Assembly (NCBI GenBank): GCA_963668025.2
Contig: CAXXTH010000010.1
Coordinates: 800,001 to 864,000 of the forward strand
Source: Candidatus Hydrogenedentota bacterium
GTDB lineage: Bacteria > Hydrogenedentota > Hydrogenedentia > Hydrogenedentales > SLHB01
Length of the DNA stretch: 64,000 nt
Direction of reading: 5' to 3'
The notes below the pieces were generated by a model that was given only the letters and a program-made list of their open reading frames with translations, was not told where the DNA came from and ran no database searches. Position 1 is the first letter of the stretch, and every line of letters begins with the position of its first letter. Position numbers and translations under genes: made by a program. Positions 9,281 through 19,146 of this stretch are shown piece by piece.

Positions 9281-10932
9281 TGGGCAGTTTCCTTTCCTTC
9301 CACGTTGTTCAAGGGTTCCTTGTACGATATCGCCAATTTCATCTCCTCGCCATTGTGGAATGCGCGTGAGAAGAAGTATTGTTTGCCGACAAATTCCGCC
9401 GGAAGCTGGTCGGCCTGTCCTGGCGCCGGACTGACTGGCCCCTCGAGAGAGAGGAGTTCGACGCGCGCGGGCAGCGCTATGCCGACATACACATTCTGGG
9501 ACGGCAGGCCTGTCTCGGGAACGGCCAGGTCAAGCCGTCCCTGGAGGGCCAGCTTGGGGCCTTTTCTAAGAAAGGCGAATTCCACATGGGACGGTTCGTT
9601 GCCGGCCAACGGAATGATCCATGCGCCCTGGCCATCGGAGTAGACATCCCGCTTCACGTTATTTACCGAGAGCGACCAGATCTCGCCGTCCGGAATCGCT
9701 TTCATCCGCAAGCGCGGGCCCACTTCGGGGGCTACGTCCATGACAAGAATCGAAAGAATATTCCCGTTTTCCTCGAATGAACTGAAGAAGCGCAAACTAT
9801 CGAGCACGGCAGTAGGCGCTTGGATGGGTTGAAGCCGCGTAAGCGTCAGCTCCACCGGCTCATTTGGCGGAATGCCCGAATAGGTCCGGTTTCCCTCCAC
9901 GCTCTTGCTCAAGACTTCCCCAAGCCGTTCGGTGGGAATCTGCGACACCAACCCATTGGCCGCCACCGTGGCCTGCCCGTTTTCAGGCTCTTGAACCACG
10001 AGACGCCCCTGCTGTCCCGTATTGCCCACGATTACGGGGAGTAAAAAAGATACGTTACCGGAGTCCGGTGGCATTTCCAGCGAAAACTCGATGGAGAACA
10101 CTCCTTGCTCGTTCTGGGGCACGTTGAGTTCATACTGATTATTCTCCAAGCTCCGGATCCAGGAGGACTTCAGGGATGACGAGATATACTTGGCATTCTC
10201 TGGCGCTTGAAGCAGCACGGCGGTAGGCACGGCTCGAATGGGGTGAAAAAACGTGGTGATGAGCAAGCGGTTTTCCTGGAAGCTGAGACGGGAAATGGCA
10301 TCCATCTCGATCTCGGTGGCGGCGGCCACGCCTTGTATATCCACATAGCTCACCGTCAAACGCCGCGAGGCGGAAAGATGGTAGCTCCCGTCCGCGCTGG
10401 CCACGCCGGGTTCCTCGGCCAGCCGGCAGTTCGGCGGCAGTGTCAGCTCTAGGGAGTTTTGAACCGCGGGCGGTATGCTGAACGATATGACACGCGATTC
10501 GATGTCTTCCTGAGGCCGCACCATAAAGGCGGCCGTGAGCTGAAATTCCGGCACGCTCCGGTCGGGAAAAAACGACATGCCGCTTTCATCTTGCGCCGCG
10601 AGGATCGTTCCTCCCGCCACGTTGGTTATCTGGGTAATCACCACTTCCGGGCTGAACAGCGGAATCGCTTCCGCCTCGCCCGAAATCACTTTTCCGGAAA
10701 GGAACACTTCGCCTTCCGCACTGGCGCTGCCGATCCGTAGTTTGTAACGCGCTTCATTAATCGAGTAGACCTGCGGCTCCTTGGCTGGCGCGGCGGCCTG
10801 CTCTGCAAGTTCCCTCTTAATACTCTCCCGGTAAAGATCCTTGAATTCGCTCCACGGGATGGATATCCCTTCATCCCCAAGCGCGCAAATGGATGCGGCT
10901 TGTACTATTATCAGCAGTGCGGCAACTTTCAT
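9277..10932 (-). CDS. Secreted hypothetical protein co-transcribed with the creD-like gene
   Basis: Long ORF with AAGGAG upstream of ATG 10932, a signal peptide, and an ATGA overlap with the downstream gene. Confidence 0.75.
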   Translation of the reverse strand: MKVAALLIIVQAASICALGDEGISIPWSEFKDLYRESIKRELAEQAAAPAKEPQVYSINEARYKLRIGSASAEGEVFLSGKVISGEAEAIPLFSPEVVITQITNVAGGTILAAQDESGMSFFPDRSVPEFQLTAAFMVRPQEDIESRVISFSIPPAVQNSLELTLPPNCRLAEEPGVASADGSYHLSASRRLTVSYVDIQGVAAATEIEMDAISRLSFQENRLLITTFFHPIRAVPTAVLLQAPENAKYISSSLKSSWIRSLENNQYELNVPQNEQGVFSIEFSLEMPPDSGNVSFLLPVIVGNTGQQGRLVVQEPENGQATVAANGLVSQIPTERLGEVLSKSVEGNRTYSGIPPNEPVELTLTRLQPIQAPTAVLDSLRFFSSFEENGNILSILVMDVAPEVGPRLRMKAIPDGEIWSLSVNNVKRDVYSDGQGAWIIPLAGNEPSHVEFAFLRKGPKLALQGRLDLAVPETGLPSQNVYVGIALPARVELLSLEGPVSPAPGQADQLPAEFVGKQYFFSRAFHNGEEMKLAISYKEPLNNVEGKETAQ

Positions 10933-11278
10933 TTCGCGGTTCTCCTTGCTGCGGATTCCTACCCGCCAGATTAATGCGAATCTGTTTGACAACCTGCCCT
11001 CGTTTTTTCACACGGGACAGCGCACACGCGGCGTCATCTCCTTTCTCTTGAAAGACATCCTCATGACCCTGCCGCAGGCCATCTTCATCAATGTTCCTTC
11101 ACGTTGATTAACACTTTGTTTTGCAAAGCTTAAAGGCAAAATAAGTACGCCTTCTCTACGCGGCTGATAATCCCTTTATGCGCATATTGTCTCCTTGGGT
11201 ATGCTTTGCTTGTGCGGTGTTCTGAATCAGGCCATGCACGCCGTTATCGCGCACTGTTCTCCACCGTTATCTAGGGGC

Positions 11279-11306
11279 ATTATACCACGAAGCTTTGTAA
11301 TGTCAA
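11279..11306 (-). promoter_or_regulatory. Sigma70-type promoter for the creD-like operon
   Basis: The minus strand reads TTGACA-16nt-TATAAT with an extended -10 (TGG-TATAAT). Confidence 0.75.
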
Positions 11307-11576
11307 GTGCTTTTTTATACAATACTTTCGGCCATGCCCAAGTTGTAAAAGACACACAAATGCAATCTTTATATACAGCGAAGAGGCGCATAGTTCCCCG
11401 AGGATGGTGTGCATTGGCGAAACAAGGCTTTGCGCTGATATTGCATGGAACTCAGGTATAGAGAGTTGAGCGGATGGAGCATGGGCGAGCTGCACAGGCG
11501 TCGTGAGCCGTAAAAAATCCGCACGGACCTGCGCACCCAATAGAAGAACTGCTCGTCATTTGTTTATAGGCAAAAG

Positions 11577-12380
11577 CTAAACTTTCTCGATGTGCCCAGA
11601 TTTCTTGCGGTTGCGGTATGCGAGCCCCATCAATCCAAGACAGAAAAGGGATAATGTGGCCGGCTCAGGCACTACATATTTCACCGTGAGTGTAGCAGCG
11701 CCCAGGCCGAAAGAGCCCGCTTGTCCTGAGGCTACATAATCATAATGCCAATCGGTCACCATTCCCAGGCCGCCAATGGGATCAGGATGGGTGATGAACC
11801 AGGTGCTCATATACCACGCCGCGTTTTCACTAAAATGTAAACTGAGGTCAAGATCTCCATCCATAAGATAATTGTACGACTTATCCGTGCCCGAGCCCAG
11901 TGTCAATGATAGTCCATTCTGTTCATAATTCAAGACATACGAGCCATTTCCCTCAACATTAACCACATCGTTTAAGGAATCGGGATCAAACAGGGCGCCA
12001 TCATGGGTTGAATAATTATAATCGTCCTCATAGTAAGTGAAGTATGCATATCCTGTTGACGCATTTCCCAAAACGGTATTGACGACGCTGTCCGCTGTAT
12101 CGAAGTTCCATGCATTTATCGTCAAAACAGCCGACATAATCTCTGCATCCGGATGCGCCAAGAGCCAGGAATTGAGGTTGAAAGACCAGTATTGGTAGGG
12201 ATTTATGGGTGTTACAAATGGATTGGCGCCTGGCGTCCAATGGCTATTCGTAAAGGTCACCGTGTCTGCGCAAGCCGTACCCGAGAAAATCAACGCGCTC
12301 ATGAGAGCCACGCCAGCGATTGGATGCAGACGCCTCACGCGGTGTGGAGATGGCGCTTTTTCTGAAAACAGATTATTCAT
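11577..12380 (-). CDS. PEP-CTERM sorting-domain protein
   Basis: Signal peptide and C-terminal VPEPATLSLFCLGLMGLAYRNRKK. Confidence 0.93.
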   Translation of the reverse strand: MNNLFSEKAPSPHRVRRLHPIAGVALMSALIFSGTACADTVTFTNSHWTPGANPFVTPINPYQYWSFNLNSWLLAHPDAEIMSAVLTINAWNFDTADSVVNTVLGNASTGYAYFTYYEDDYNYSTHDGALFDPDSLNDVVNVEGNGSYVLNYEQNGLSLTLGSGTDKSYNYLMDGDLDLSLHFSENAAWYMSTWFITHPDPIGGLGMVTDWHYDYVASGQAGSFGLGAATLTVKYVVPEPATLSLFCLGLMGLAYRNRKKSGHIEKV

Positions 12381-12607
12381 GATGCTTCTCCCCTGTGGAT
12401 GGTGGAAACCAGTTCCGGAATAAGAGTAATGAAGGCATTCCGTTACCTCACGTGAGCACGTACCGTTGCACTAAAGCCGCACTATCGCTTCGTCCCGGGA
12501 GCGATAGCGTGGAATCGATACCTTATAAAGACACGATTGAGTGTTTGTGTGCGCAAACGAACGTTAAGTGAACAGCCCGATTGAAGTATAGCCCGACCTT
12601 GATACAC

Positions 12608-12624
12608 AGCATTTTTTATGCCAA
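12608..12624 (-). promoter_or_regulatory. Sigma54 (-24/-12) promoter of the PEP-CTERM gene
   Basis: The minus strand reads TTGGCATAAAAAATGCT with exact GG-N10-GC spacing. Sigma54 promoters are known to precede PEP-CTERM genes. Confidence 0.75.
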
Positions 12625-12745
12625 TAATAGGCAAATACCCCTAATGCATTATATTAAAATGAGTTATACGAATATAGAGAGTGGCAAAATCATTCACATA
12701 GAACAGAAGTTGTTCATCTTTGGCTAATGTTTTGATGTAAAAGCG

Positions 12746-12767
12746 GTAGGGTGGAGCTTGCTGCATC
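12746..12767 (+). repeat. REP-like palindrome, family B (GTAGGGTGGAGCTTGCTGCATC, degenerate)
   Basis: Similar to copies at 16937, 19360 and 55234. Confidence 0.65.
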
Positions 12768-12951
12768 TTGCCTGCTGAAAATATTCATACGGGTAATCTA
12801 GTTGTCGTCGAGCATGGCCTGTGGTACATTGTGCTTGTACAAGATTGACTTGGACGCGATACCAGTCTGCTCAAGCAGGCGGGGTACTTTATGGAGCACG
12901 TTTCTGAGAATGCCGTGAGGAGACTGGCCAGCCACACGTCGCAGTAGATCA

Positions 12952-13629
12952 ATGGACTTGAACGTTGGCCGAGACATGAGGCTCATTCCGAAAAACAGCT
13001 ACGTTTTAGCGCTTGCGTTGGGGGCTTTCACCTCAGCGTACGTCAACTCTTTTTTCTTCTTCGCTGAGTGGTGGGCGGTTTCGCCACACGGATCAGATAT
13101 CGGGCTGTGGGTCGTCCTCTTTTTCATATTCCCGATGACCGCAGTAGTGTTGGCTTTCCTACCCGCAGTGCTACTGCTCGCCATCTTCAAGCGTACCCGC
13201 AAGCTGGCCTTGCACGCCATCGTATTTCTACTCGTCTACGTGGGGGGCGAGGTGATCTACATGCGGTCGGCGGAGCATCTGCGCATGCATACATTTTACC
13301 AACTCGCGGAGCGTAGCGCCCTGCTTATCGATGCGATTACCCGGTTCGAGACGGATCACGGGAAACCGCCATCAGAGTTGACGGAACTCGTGCCCGATTA
13401 TCTAACGGCCATACCGACCACAGGAATGAAAGCCTATCCCAAGTATCAGTACTTCGTGCCTGACAATGCCCAGCAGTTCGAAGGCAATTCTTGGGCACTA
13501 GTCGTTGATACTCCAAAGGCTGGTCTCAACTTTGACATGTTTATCTACTTTCCAAAAAAGAACTACCCAAAGTATGCGTATAGTTCATGGTTGGAGAGAA
13601 TCGGGGACTGGGCATATTGTCACGAATGA
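12952..13629 (+). CDS. Hypothetical membrane protein
   Basis: 225-aa ORF with three hydrophobic segments, then a soluble domain containing G.PP..L.ELVPDYL..IP. The start may be ATG 12976. Confidence 0.7.
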   Translation: MDLNVGRDMRLIPKNSYVLALALGAFTSAYVNSFFFFAEWWAVSPHGSDIGLWVVLFFIFPMTAVVLAFLPAVLLLAIFKRTRKLALHAIVFLLVYVGGEVIYMRSAEHLRMHTFYQLAERSALLIDAITRFETDHGKPPSELTELVPDYLTAIPTTGMKAYPKYQYFVPDNAQQFEGNSWALVVDTPKAGLNFDMFIYFPKKNYPKYAYSSWLERIGDWAYCHE

Positions 13630-13729
13630 ACAGCAAACAACACTTTATGGCGAAGTGTAATAGGCTAAAGATACTATGACGAAACCAAGTAACTAGTATT
13701 ATGGCGCAGCAAATGAGTAGTACACAACC

Positions 13730-14581
13730 ATGCAGATCGCATTGGTGGATAATAGGAGAATCGAAGCGTTTCCGGGAGGTAGAGGTGTTTGCCCAATTTG
13801 TGGTTCGGATATGATATCTAAATGTGGTCCGCGTATAATGCATCATTGGGCACATCATAAGATTAAGAATTGTGATCCTTGGTGGGAGAATGAAACTCAA
13901 TGGCATCGTGATTGGAAAAACCAGTTTCCTCTAGAATGTCGAGAAGTATCACATATTGCTGACGATGGAGAGATACATAGGGCCGATATAAAGACCCCTA
14001 CGGGTATTGTTATTGAAATTCAACACTCAAGTATGACGGATTCTGAGAGAACATCTCGTGAAGAATTTTACCAGAATTTAGTCTGGGTTATTGATGGTTC
14101 AGGATTTAGAGAAAACTTTGATATTTACCACATGCTACCAAATCCAGATTCTGAGTTAGCTCAGGATCTGGTATGGGCTAAAGCCGAGCGGCATATGCAT
14201 GGAGCTAATCGGGGAATCTTCTTTCGGATTTCAGAAGCTCGCAAAGATGATCCCGCCATAACCAAAGCGACACTTTATGGTGGTGAGGTGCATGGAATTC
14301 ATGAAATAGAAGAAGAATTAAATCTATCTTATAACGGCTACCACCAATATGATTGGATACGTCCCCGAAAAACGTGGCTGGATGCACGTTGTCCTGTGTA
14401 CATTGACTTTGGCGATGAATGTCTTGTTAAGCTGGATGTCTACGATTCATCGGAGTTGAAATGCGTCAGACTTGTCTCAAGAAGGAAATTCTTGCACGAC
14501 GTTATGGTAGAGAGGGTTGCAGGGAATATCGCTACACGGTTTTTACCCAATTGGCAGCAATCTGGCCCAATAAAAAGGTGA
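13730..14581 (+). CDS. CoiA-like nuclease family protein
   Basis: CPICGS..., HHWAH, ETQWH..WK, HRADI...VIEIQHS (PD-(D/E)XK-like), and LVWVIDG. Low-GC sequence. Confidence 0.85.
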   Translation: MQIALVDNRRIEAFPGGRGVCPICGSDMISKCGPRIMHHWAHHKIKNCDPWWENETQWHRDWKNQFPLECREVSHIADDGEIHRADIKTPTGIVIEIQHSSMTDSERTSREEFYQNLVWVIDGSGFRENFDIYHMLPNPDSELAQDLVWAKAERHMHGANRGIFFRISEARKDDPAITKATLYGGEVHGIHEIEEELNLSYNGYHQYDWIRPRKTWLDARCPVYIDFGDECLVKLDVYDSSELKCVRLVSRRKFLHDVMVERVAGNIATRFLPNWQQSGPIKR

Positions 14582-14624
14582 ATTCGAGAAAGATAACCAA
14601 AAGTAACCATGAGGCAGGAAGCAC

Positions 14625-15458
14625 ATGAGACTAGGCGGACCAATATTCAACAAAACTGAGAGTCCAGAATCGTGGATCTCGACCGTGCGCGCCGCAGGGT
14701 ATCGGGCGGCGTATTGCCCCGTCGCGCCGGATGCGGATGACGATACGGTCAACGCTTATGCCGGGGCGGCGCGCAATGCCGATATCGTCATCGCGGAAGT
14801 GGGCGCATGGAGCAATCCGATGAGCCCCGACGCGGCGACGGCGAAGGCGGCGCTCGATTGGTGTATTGCGTCGCTCGCGTTGGCGGACCGGATCGGTGCG
14901 TGCTGTTGTGTGAACATCGCGGGCTCTTGCGGCGAGAAATGGGACGGGCCGGATGCGGCGGACTTGACGGATGCCACGTTCGACCGGATCGTTGAGGTGG
15001 TTCGGACGATCATCGATGCGGTCAAGCCCACCCGAACGTTTTACGCGCTGGAAACGATGCAGTGGATGTATCCGGATTCACCCGACTGCTATCTCAGGTT
15101 TATCAAGGCCATTGATCGCCAAGCGTTCGCCGTCCACCTCGACCCCGTGAACCTTGTGTGCAGTCCACAGCGCTATTTCGCCACTGGCCCGCTGATAGAG
15201 GAGTGCTTCGCCAAGCTGGGGGCGCATATCAAGTCTTGCCATGCGAAGGACATCCTGTTGGGAACGAACGCGACGGTGCATCTCGACGAAGCCAGGCCGG
15301 GACTCGGCAATCTCGATTACCGGACGTTCTTGAGGGAGTTGAATCGACTGCCTGCGGATGTTCCGCTGATGCTTGAACACCTGCCCAACGAGGAGGAGTA
15401 CCGTGTGGCAGCCACGCATATACGGACTGTCGCCCAACAGGAGGGAATCACGCTGTGA
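14625..15458 (+). CDS. Sugar phosphate isomerase/epimerase (AP endonuclease 2 TIM barrel)
   Basis: ALETM, HLDPVN, CHAKD and LMLEH metal-binding motifs. Confidence 0.88.
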   Translation: MRLGGPIFNKTESPESWISTVRAAGYRAAYCPVAPDADDDTVNAYAGAARNADIVIAEVGAWSNPMSPDAATAKAALDWCIASLALADRIGACCCVNIAGSCGEKWDGPDAADLTDATFDRIVEVVRTIIDAVKPTRTFYALETMQWMYPDSPDCYLRFIKAIDRQAFAVHLDPVNLVCSPQRYFATGPLIEECFAKLGAHIKSCHAKDILLGTNATVHLDEARPGLGNLDYRTFLRELNRLPADVPLMLEHLPNEEEYRVAATHIRTVAQQEGITL

Positions 15459-16429
15459 AGCACTGTGCTATCTCCATCACCGCCAAGGAATGCGCCGCGC
15501 TTGTGGATGTTGCGGAGCCTGGCGCTTTAGGCGCTCACGAGGTTCGAGGAAAAACCGTTTGTACGCTCATCAGTCCGGGAACCGAATTGGCGGGCGTATA
15601 CACGGGGGCGTCCTTTCCAGCCTTTCCGGGGTATGCGGCGGTTTTCGAGGCTGAAGAGATCGGGGCCGATGTGAAAGGCGTGCCGGTGGGCGGCATCTAT
15701 TTTTGCATGGGGCCGCACCGCAGTTACCAGCAAGTCGATGCTTGTGCGGCGCATCCGGTTCCCGAGGGCTTGCCGCCAGAAAAGGCCGTACTCGCGCGTC
15801 TGATGGGTGTTCCGATGACGACCCTGATGACTACCGCCGCGCGTCCCGGCGATAGGGTCATGGTTTCCGGCGCTGGGCCGGTGGGATTTCTGGCTGCACA
15901 AGTGTTTGCGCTGTCTGGATACGAAGTCCTGGTGGTGGAACCCGATGATGCGCGCAGGCGTCAAGTCGAGCAATCCGGCATCTCCACCGTGTACCCAAAA
16001 GCGCCTTGCGAGGATGCGGATGTCGCGGGCACGGTGGCGCTGGTGGTGGAATGCTCCGGACACGAGCAGGCCGCACTGGATGCGTGCCGGATGGTGAGGA
16101 AACGGGGGGAAGTCGTGCTGGTCGGCGTCCCCTGGCGGCGGCAGACGGATGTGTACGCCCACGAACTGCTATCCGCCGTCTTTCACAAGTATGCCGTGTT
16201 GCGCAGCGGATGGGAGTGGGAACTCCCGCATTATCCCGCCGATTTTAACCCGCACAGCATCCACTCCAATTTCGACACGGCGCTCCGCTGGCTGGCGTCC
16301 GGACGCATCGCCGTTGACGGCTTGAGCACAATGGTAGACCCCCGCGCCGCCCAGTCCGCCTACCAAGGTTTACTGCACAAACGAGCCCAAGGATTGTTCT
16401 CGGTGTTCGATTGGAGGTTGATCGCATAA
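15455..16429 (+). CDS. Medium-chain (zinc-type) alcohol/sugar dehydrogenase family protein
   Basis: LISPGTE, PGY, GAGPVG Rossmann motif and VVECSG; overlaps the upstream stop. Confidence 0.85.
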   Translation: MKHCAISITAKECAALVDVAEPGALGAHEVRGKTVCTLISPGTELAGVYTGASFPAFPGYAAVFEAEEIGADVKGVPVGGIYFCMGPHRSYQQVDACAAHPVPEGLPPEKAVLARLMGVPMTTLMTTAARPGDRVMVSGAGPVGFLAAQVFALSGYEVLVVEPDDARRRQVEQSGISTVYPKAPCEDADVAGTVALVVECSGHEQAALDACRMVRKRGEVVLVGVPWRRQTDVYAHELLSAVFHKYAVLRSGWEWELPHYPADFNPHSIHSNFDTALRWLASGRIAVDGLSTMVDPRAAQSAYQGLLHKRAQGLFSVFDWRLIA

Positions 16430-16469
16430 AGCGTTTCAAAATTGGATGTAGCCAAATGGTGGGCTTTCT

Positions 16470-16957
16470 CTCCCGTGGCATGGCCGTCCCGGCCATGCGC
16501 ATGGGCGAGACGCCCATGCTACGAGAATTAAAGGAGGCTTGGCGCTTTGGCGATTGTGCAGTCTTGCATTGGTCGACGTCGATTCACCTATGCCAAGCGG
16601 GCATGTGCCGAAGGCACAATCGACCACAGCCCAGGGCCGGCCGCAGCCAGGAGGGCAAGGGAGCCTCTGGGAAAAGACTTGAACGCAGAGGCGCTGAGGA
16701 CGCTGAGCTTCGCGGAGTAGGCCTCCCTCCGCGAAACTCCGCGTCCTCAGCGCCTCTGCGATGTTCTGTAATGCGATAATAACATGCAATGAATGACTTT
16801 TGGGATGTCCTTTCAGGAAAATTCTTGGGGGGGGGCGCTCATACCCAGGGGATCCCTTGCCCTTCGGGCGGCGGTCGGCCCTGGGCTGTGTTGGGATGTC
16901 CCTTCGGGACACACGCTACAGTCTTTTGTGTTTCCCGTAGGGTGGCGCTTGCCCCCG
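16470..16957. repeat. Composite cluster of palindromic repeats (families A, X, D, hairpin E, D, B)
   Basis: A pair at 16470-16525; X at 16560-16606; inverted D at about 16603-16660; long hairpin CGCAGAGGCGCTGAGGACGC...GCGTCCTCAGCGCCTCTGCG at 16684-16760; D at 16843-16912; B at 16937-16957. Confidence 0.8.
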
Positions 16958-17082
16958 TTTGGGCTGAAAACCTTGAACTGGTACATGGGATAGACGATGC
17001 ATCCTGGCTGACGGAATACCTCAAGATGGAGCAAATCGGCTCGATTTATTAGGCGGATGAGTATTGGTCTTGCTGTTACATC

Positions 17083-18840
17083 ATGCGTGTGCCAGCCTGG
17101 ACGCACCCCAAACAGAAAGGGTACGAAATGGGAAATACACTCAGCGCTCTGATGGCAAGAGGCAAAAGGTTGTTCGGAAGGCATACCGAGGGAGGGCTTT
17201 CGCCTAATGAGGAGAAGGCCCGGTTCGCCAAGATATTGAAGGCGGCGGAAACCGGAGACGCTGAGGCGCAAGCTGAGGCAAGCCTCATGTACATGGAGGG
17301 GAAAGGGATTCCGCAGGATTACGAAGAGGCCATACGGTGGATGTGCAAAGCCGAGGCAAACGGATGTTTCACCGCGCGAATATACCTTGCCGCGGATTGC
17401 CTGAGCGATGAACTCGATGCTTTCCGAATATTCATGCCAGCATTGAAGTTTCTTCCTGGCCTGGCGGAGCAAGGAGATCCAGATGCTCAGTATTGGCATG
17501 GTTTTAGGACATTTGTTTGTGCAAACCGCCCTGACGGCGGATGCACTGAAGACAGAGACAAAGCACTCTATTGGATCCGCAAAGCGGCCGAGGGAGGATG
17601 TACTCAGGCGCAAGCGTTTCTCGGCTCTCTATATGCACGAGGCAAGCATGTTCCACGAGATTATGAAGAAGCGATGAGATGGTTTCTAAAAGCGGCGGAA
17701 CAGAGCAACGATGACGCCAGATTTAACATAGGCCTGATGTATCTTGTGGGCGATGGCGTTACCCAGGATGCAACCACGGCCATGAGTTGGTTCGACAGAG
17801 TTTCTAAACGGCAGAGGCATAAATGTTACTGGTTTCACATGGGAGATTTGTATTCCGAAGGAGCACGGCTACCGCAGAACGACGAAAAAGCAATGTATTG
17901 GTATACTAGGGCGGCGGAGGACGGGGACGATAACGCTCAGCTTAAGCTCGGCCTTATGTATGCGGAAGGCGCTCGTGTCCCCCAAAATGCGGAGATGGCC
18001 ATCAAGTGGTTCCGCAAAGCGGCAAAACAGGGTGAAGGGATTGCGTTCTGCCATATCGGCGCCATGTATGAAAACGGCATCGGTGTTCCGCAAAGCTATT
18101 CTAAAGCGTTGAAATATTACGGTAAGGCGGATTGGCATCCCAAGGCGATGAGCCAGATGGGATACCTGTATGCCACCGGCTTGGGGGTGCGCCGCAACTA
18201 TAAAAGGGCGCTGAGATGGTATTGTGCACCGAAGATTGCGCCGGAGATTGAAGTACAAAGAGATAGATACGAATTATCTGAGTTTTGTGCGGCTTCCTTC
18301 TATTTGAATGGCTTGGGTGTTGCGCAAAATGACAAAGAGGCATTCCGCTGGTACCGCCAAGCGGCCGAAAAAGGGTTCGCTTTGGCGCAGTTCTGCGTAG
18401 GCTCCATGTATTTCAGCGGCCGTGGCGTTTCCCAGGACTATGAAGAGGCGCTTTCTTGGTATCGCAAGGCCGCTGAACAAGACCTCGCGTTGGCGAAACT
18501 GCATATAGGTTATATTTATTATATGGGCTTGGGTGTTCCGGAAGACAAAGCCGAAGCCACGAAATGGTTCCGGTCGGCCATAGAGGGAAAGAAGGATCTT
18601 CAGAAACCCGCAGCGATATTAGCTCCAAGCCAAGGCATCCCCGATGTATGCCTGAACGCGCTCAGAGTGCTAAACCGTTTTTCATTCTCCGACATACCGG
18701 AGCTGGCAAATGAAATAGATGACGAATTTTGGATGACCGAGTATCTCAAAATGGAGCAAATTCACTCGATCCATTGGGCGGATGAATATTGGGCTTGCCA
18801 TTCCATGTTGGAGATGCCAAGCGAGGGTCCTTTTGACTAG
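17083..18840 (+). CDS. Sel1-repeat (SLR) protein
   Basis: About 11 repeats of the form AQ..LG.MY..G.GV.QD..EA..W.RKAAEQG. The start may be ATG 17128. Confidence 0.93.
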   Translation: MRVPAWTHPKQKGYEMGNTLSALMARGKRLFGRHTEGGLSPNEEKARFAKILKAAETGDAEAQAEASLMYMEGKGIPQDYEEAIRWMCKAEANGCFTARIYLAADCLSDELDAFRIFMPALKFLPGLAEQGDPDAQYWHGFRTFVCANRPDGGCTEDRDKALYWIRKAAEGGCTQAQAFLGSLYARGKHVPRDYEEAMRWFLKAAEQSNDDARFNIGLMYLVGDGVTQDATTAMSWFDRVSKRQRHKCYWFHMGDLYSEGARLPQNDEKAMYWYTRAAEDGDDNAQLKLGLMYAEGARVPQNAEMAIKWFRKAAKQGEGIAFCHIGAMYENGIGVPQSYSKALKYYGKADWHPKAMSQMGYLYATGLGVRRNYKRALRWYCAPKIAPEIEVQRDRYELSEFCAASFYLNGLGVAQNDKEAFRWYRQAAEKGFALAQFCVGSMYFSGRGVSQDYEEALSWYRKAAEQDLALAKLHIGYIYYMGLGVPEDKAEATKWFRSAIEGKKDLQKPAAILAPSQGIPDVCLNALRVLNRFSFSDIPELANEIDDEFWMTEYLKMEQIHSIHWADEYWACHSMLEMPSEGPFD

Positions 18841-18862
18841 ACATATTCCAAACGATGGCGCA

Positions 18863-18940
18863 AGTCTTGCGCTGGTCGCCGTCGATTCGCTTATGCCAAG
18901 CGGGCATGTCTCTTCGGGACACACGCCACGGTCTTTTATG
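18863..18940 (+). repeat. Second copy of repeat X fused directly to the end of repeat D
   Basis: GTCTTGCGCTGGTCGCCGTCGATTCGCTTATGCCAAGCGGGCATGT matches 16561-16606, and the following TCTTCGGGACACACGCCACGGTCTTTT matches about 16900-16927. Confidence 0.8.
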
Positions 18941-18993
18941 TAGAAGCTACAGAGTCGTTGTGCTGTCAAAAAAATCTGAAAGGGAGAAGAGAG

Positions 18994-19146
18994 ATGAGAT
19001 CAATCAGTGCCTCTATCATTGTCCTTGCTGCTGCCATTCTGCTGCTTGGCGGTTATTACATGCGAGAGCTCTATATTCTGGTAGTGGGTTATGGAGTCGG
19101 CCTAATCGGTCTAATAGGCTGGTATGTTAGCATGAAAGAGAAATAG
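18994..19146 (+). CDS. Small two-TM membrane protein (50 aa)
   Basis: Purine-rich RBS (AGGGAGAAGAGAG) before MRSISASIIVLAAAILLLGG...; two hydrophobic stretches. Confidence 0.6.
   Translation: MRSISASIIVLAAAILLLGGYYMRELYILVVGYGVGLIGLIGWYVSMKEK

Noticed and set aside
12440-12540. c-di-GMP riboswitch in the PEP-CTERM leader
   Set aside because: Only a short AGTGCAAC match and one hairpin are present; the other conserved elements were not found.
12955-13720. Integron cassette (GTTGGCC just before the ATG and GCAAAC after the stop)
   Set aside because: The core sites are imperfect, I could not build an attC-type hairpin, and there is no integrase in the window.
16436-17052. Short ORFs of 60-160 aa across the repeat cluster
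   Set aside because: They translate palindromic non-coding repeats; only the final about 30 codons match a real protein module.
16990-18810. Diversity-generating retroelement (template/variable repeat pair)
   Set aside because: The mismatches are not adenine-specific (many are C/T third-position changes), and there is no reverse transcriptase in the window.
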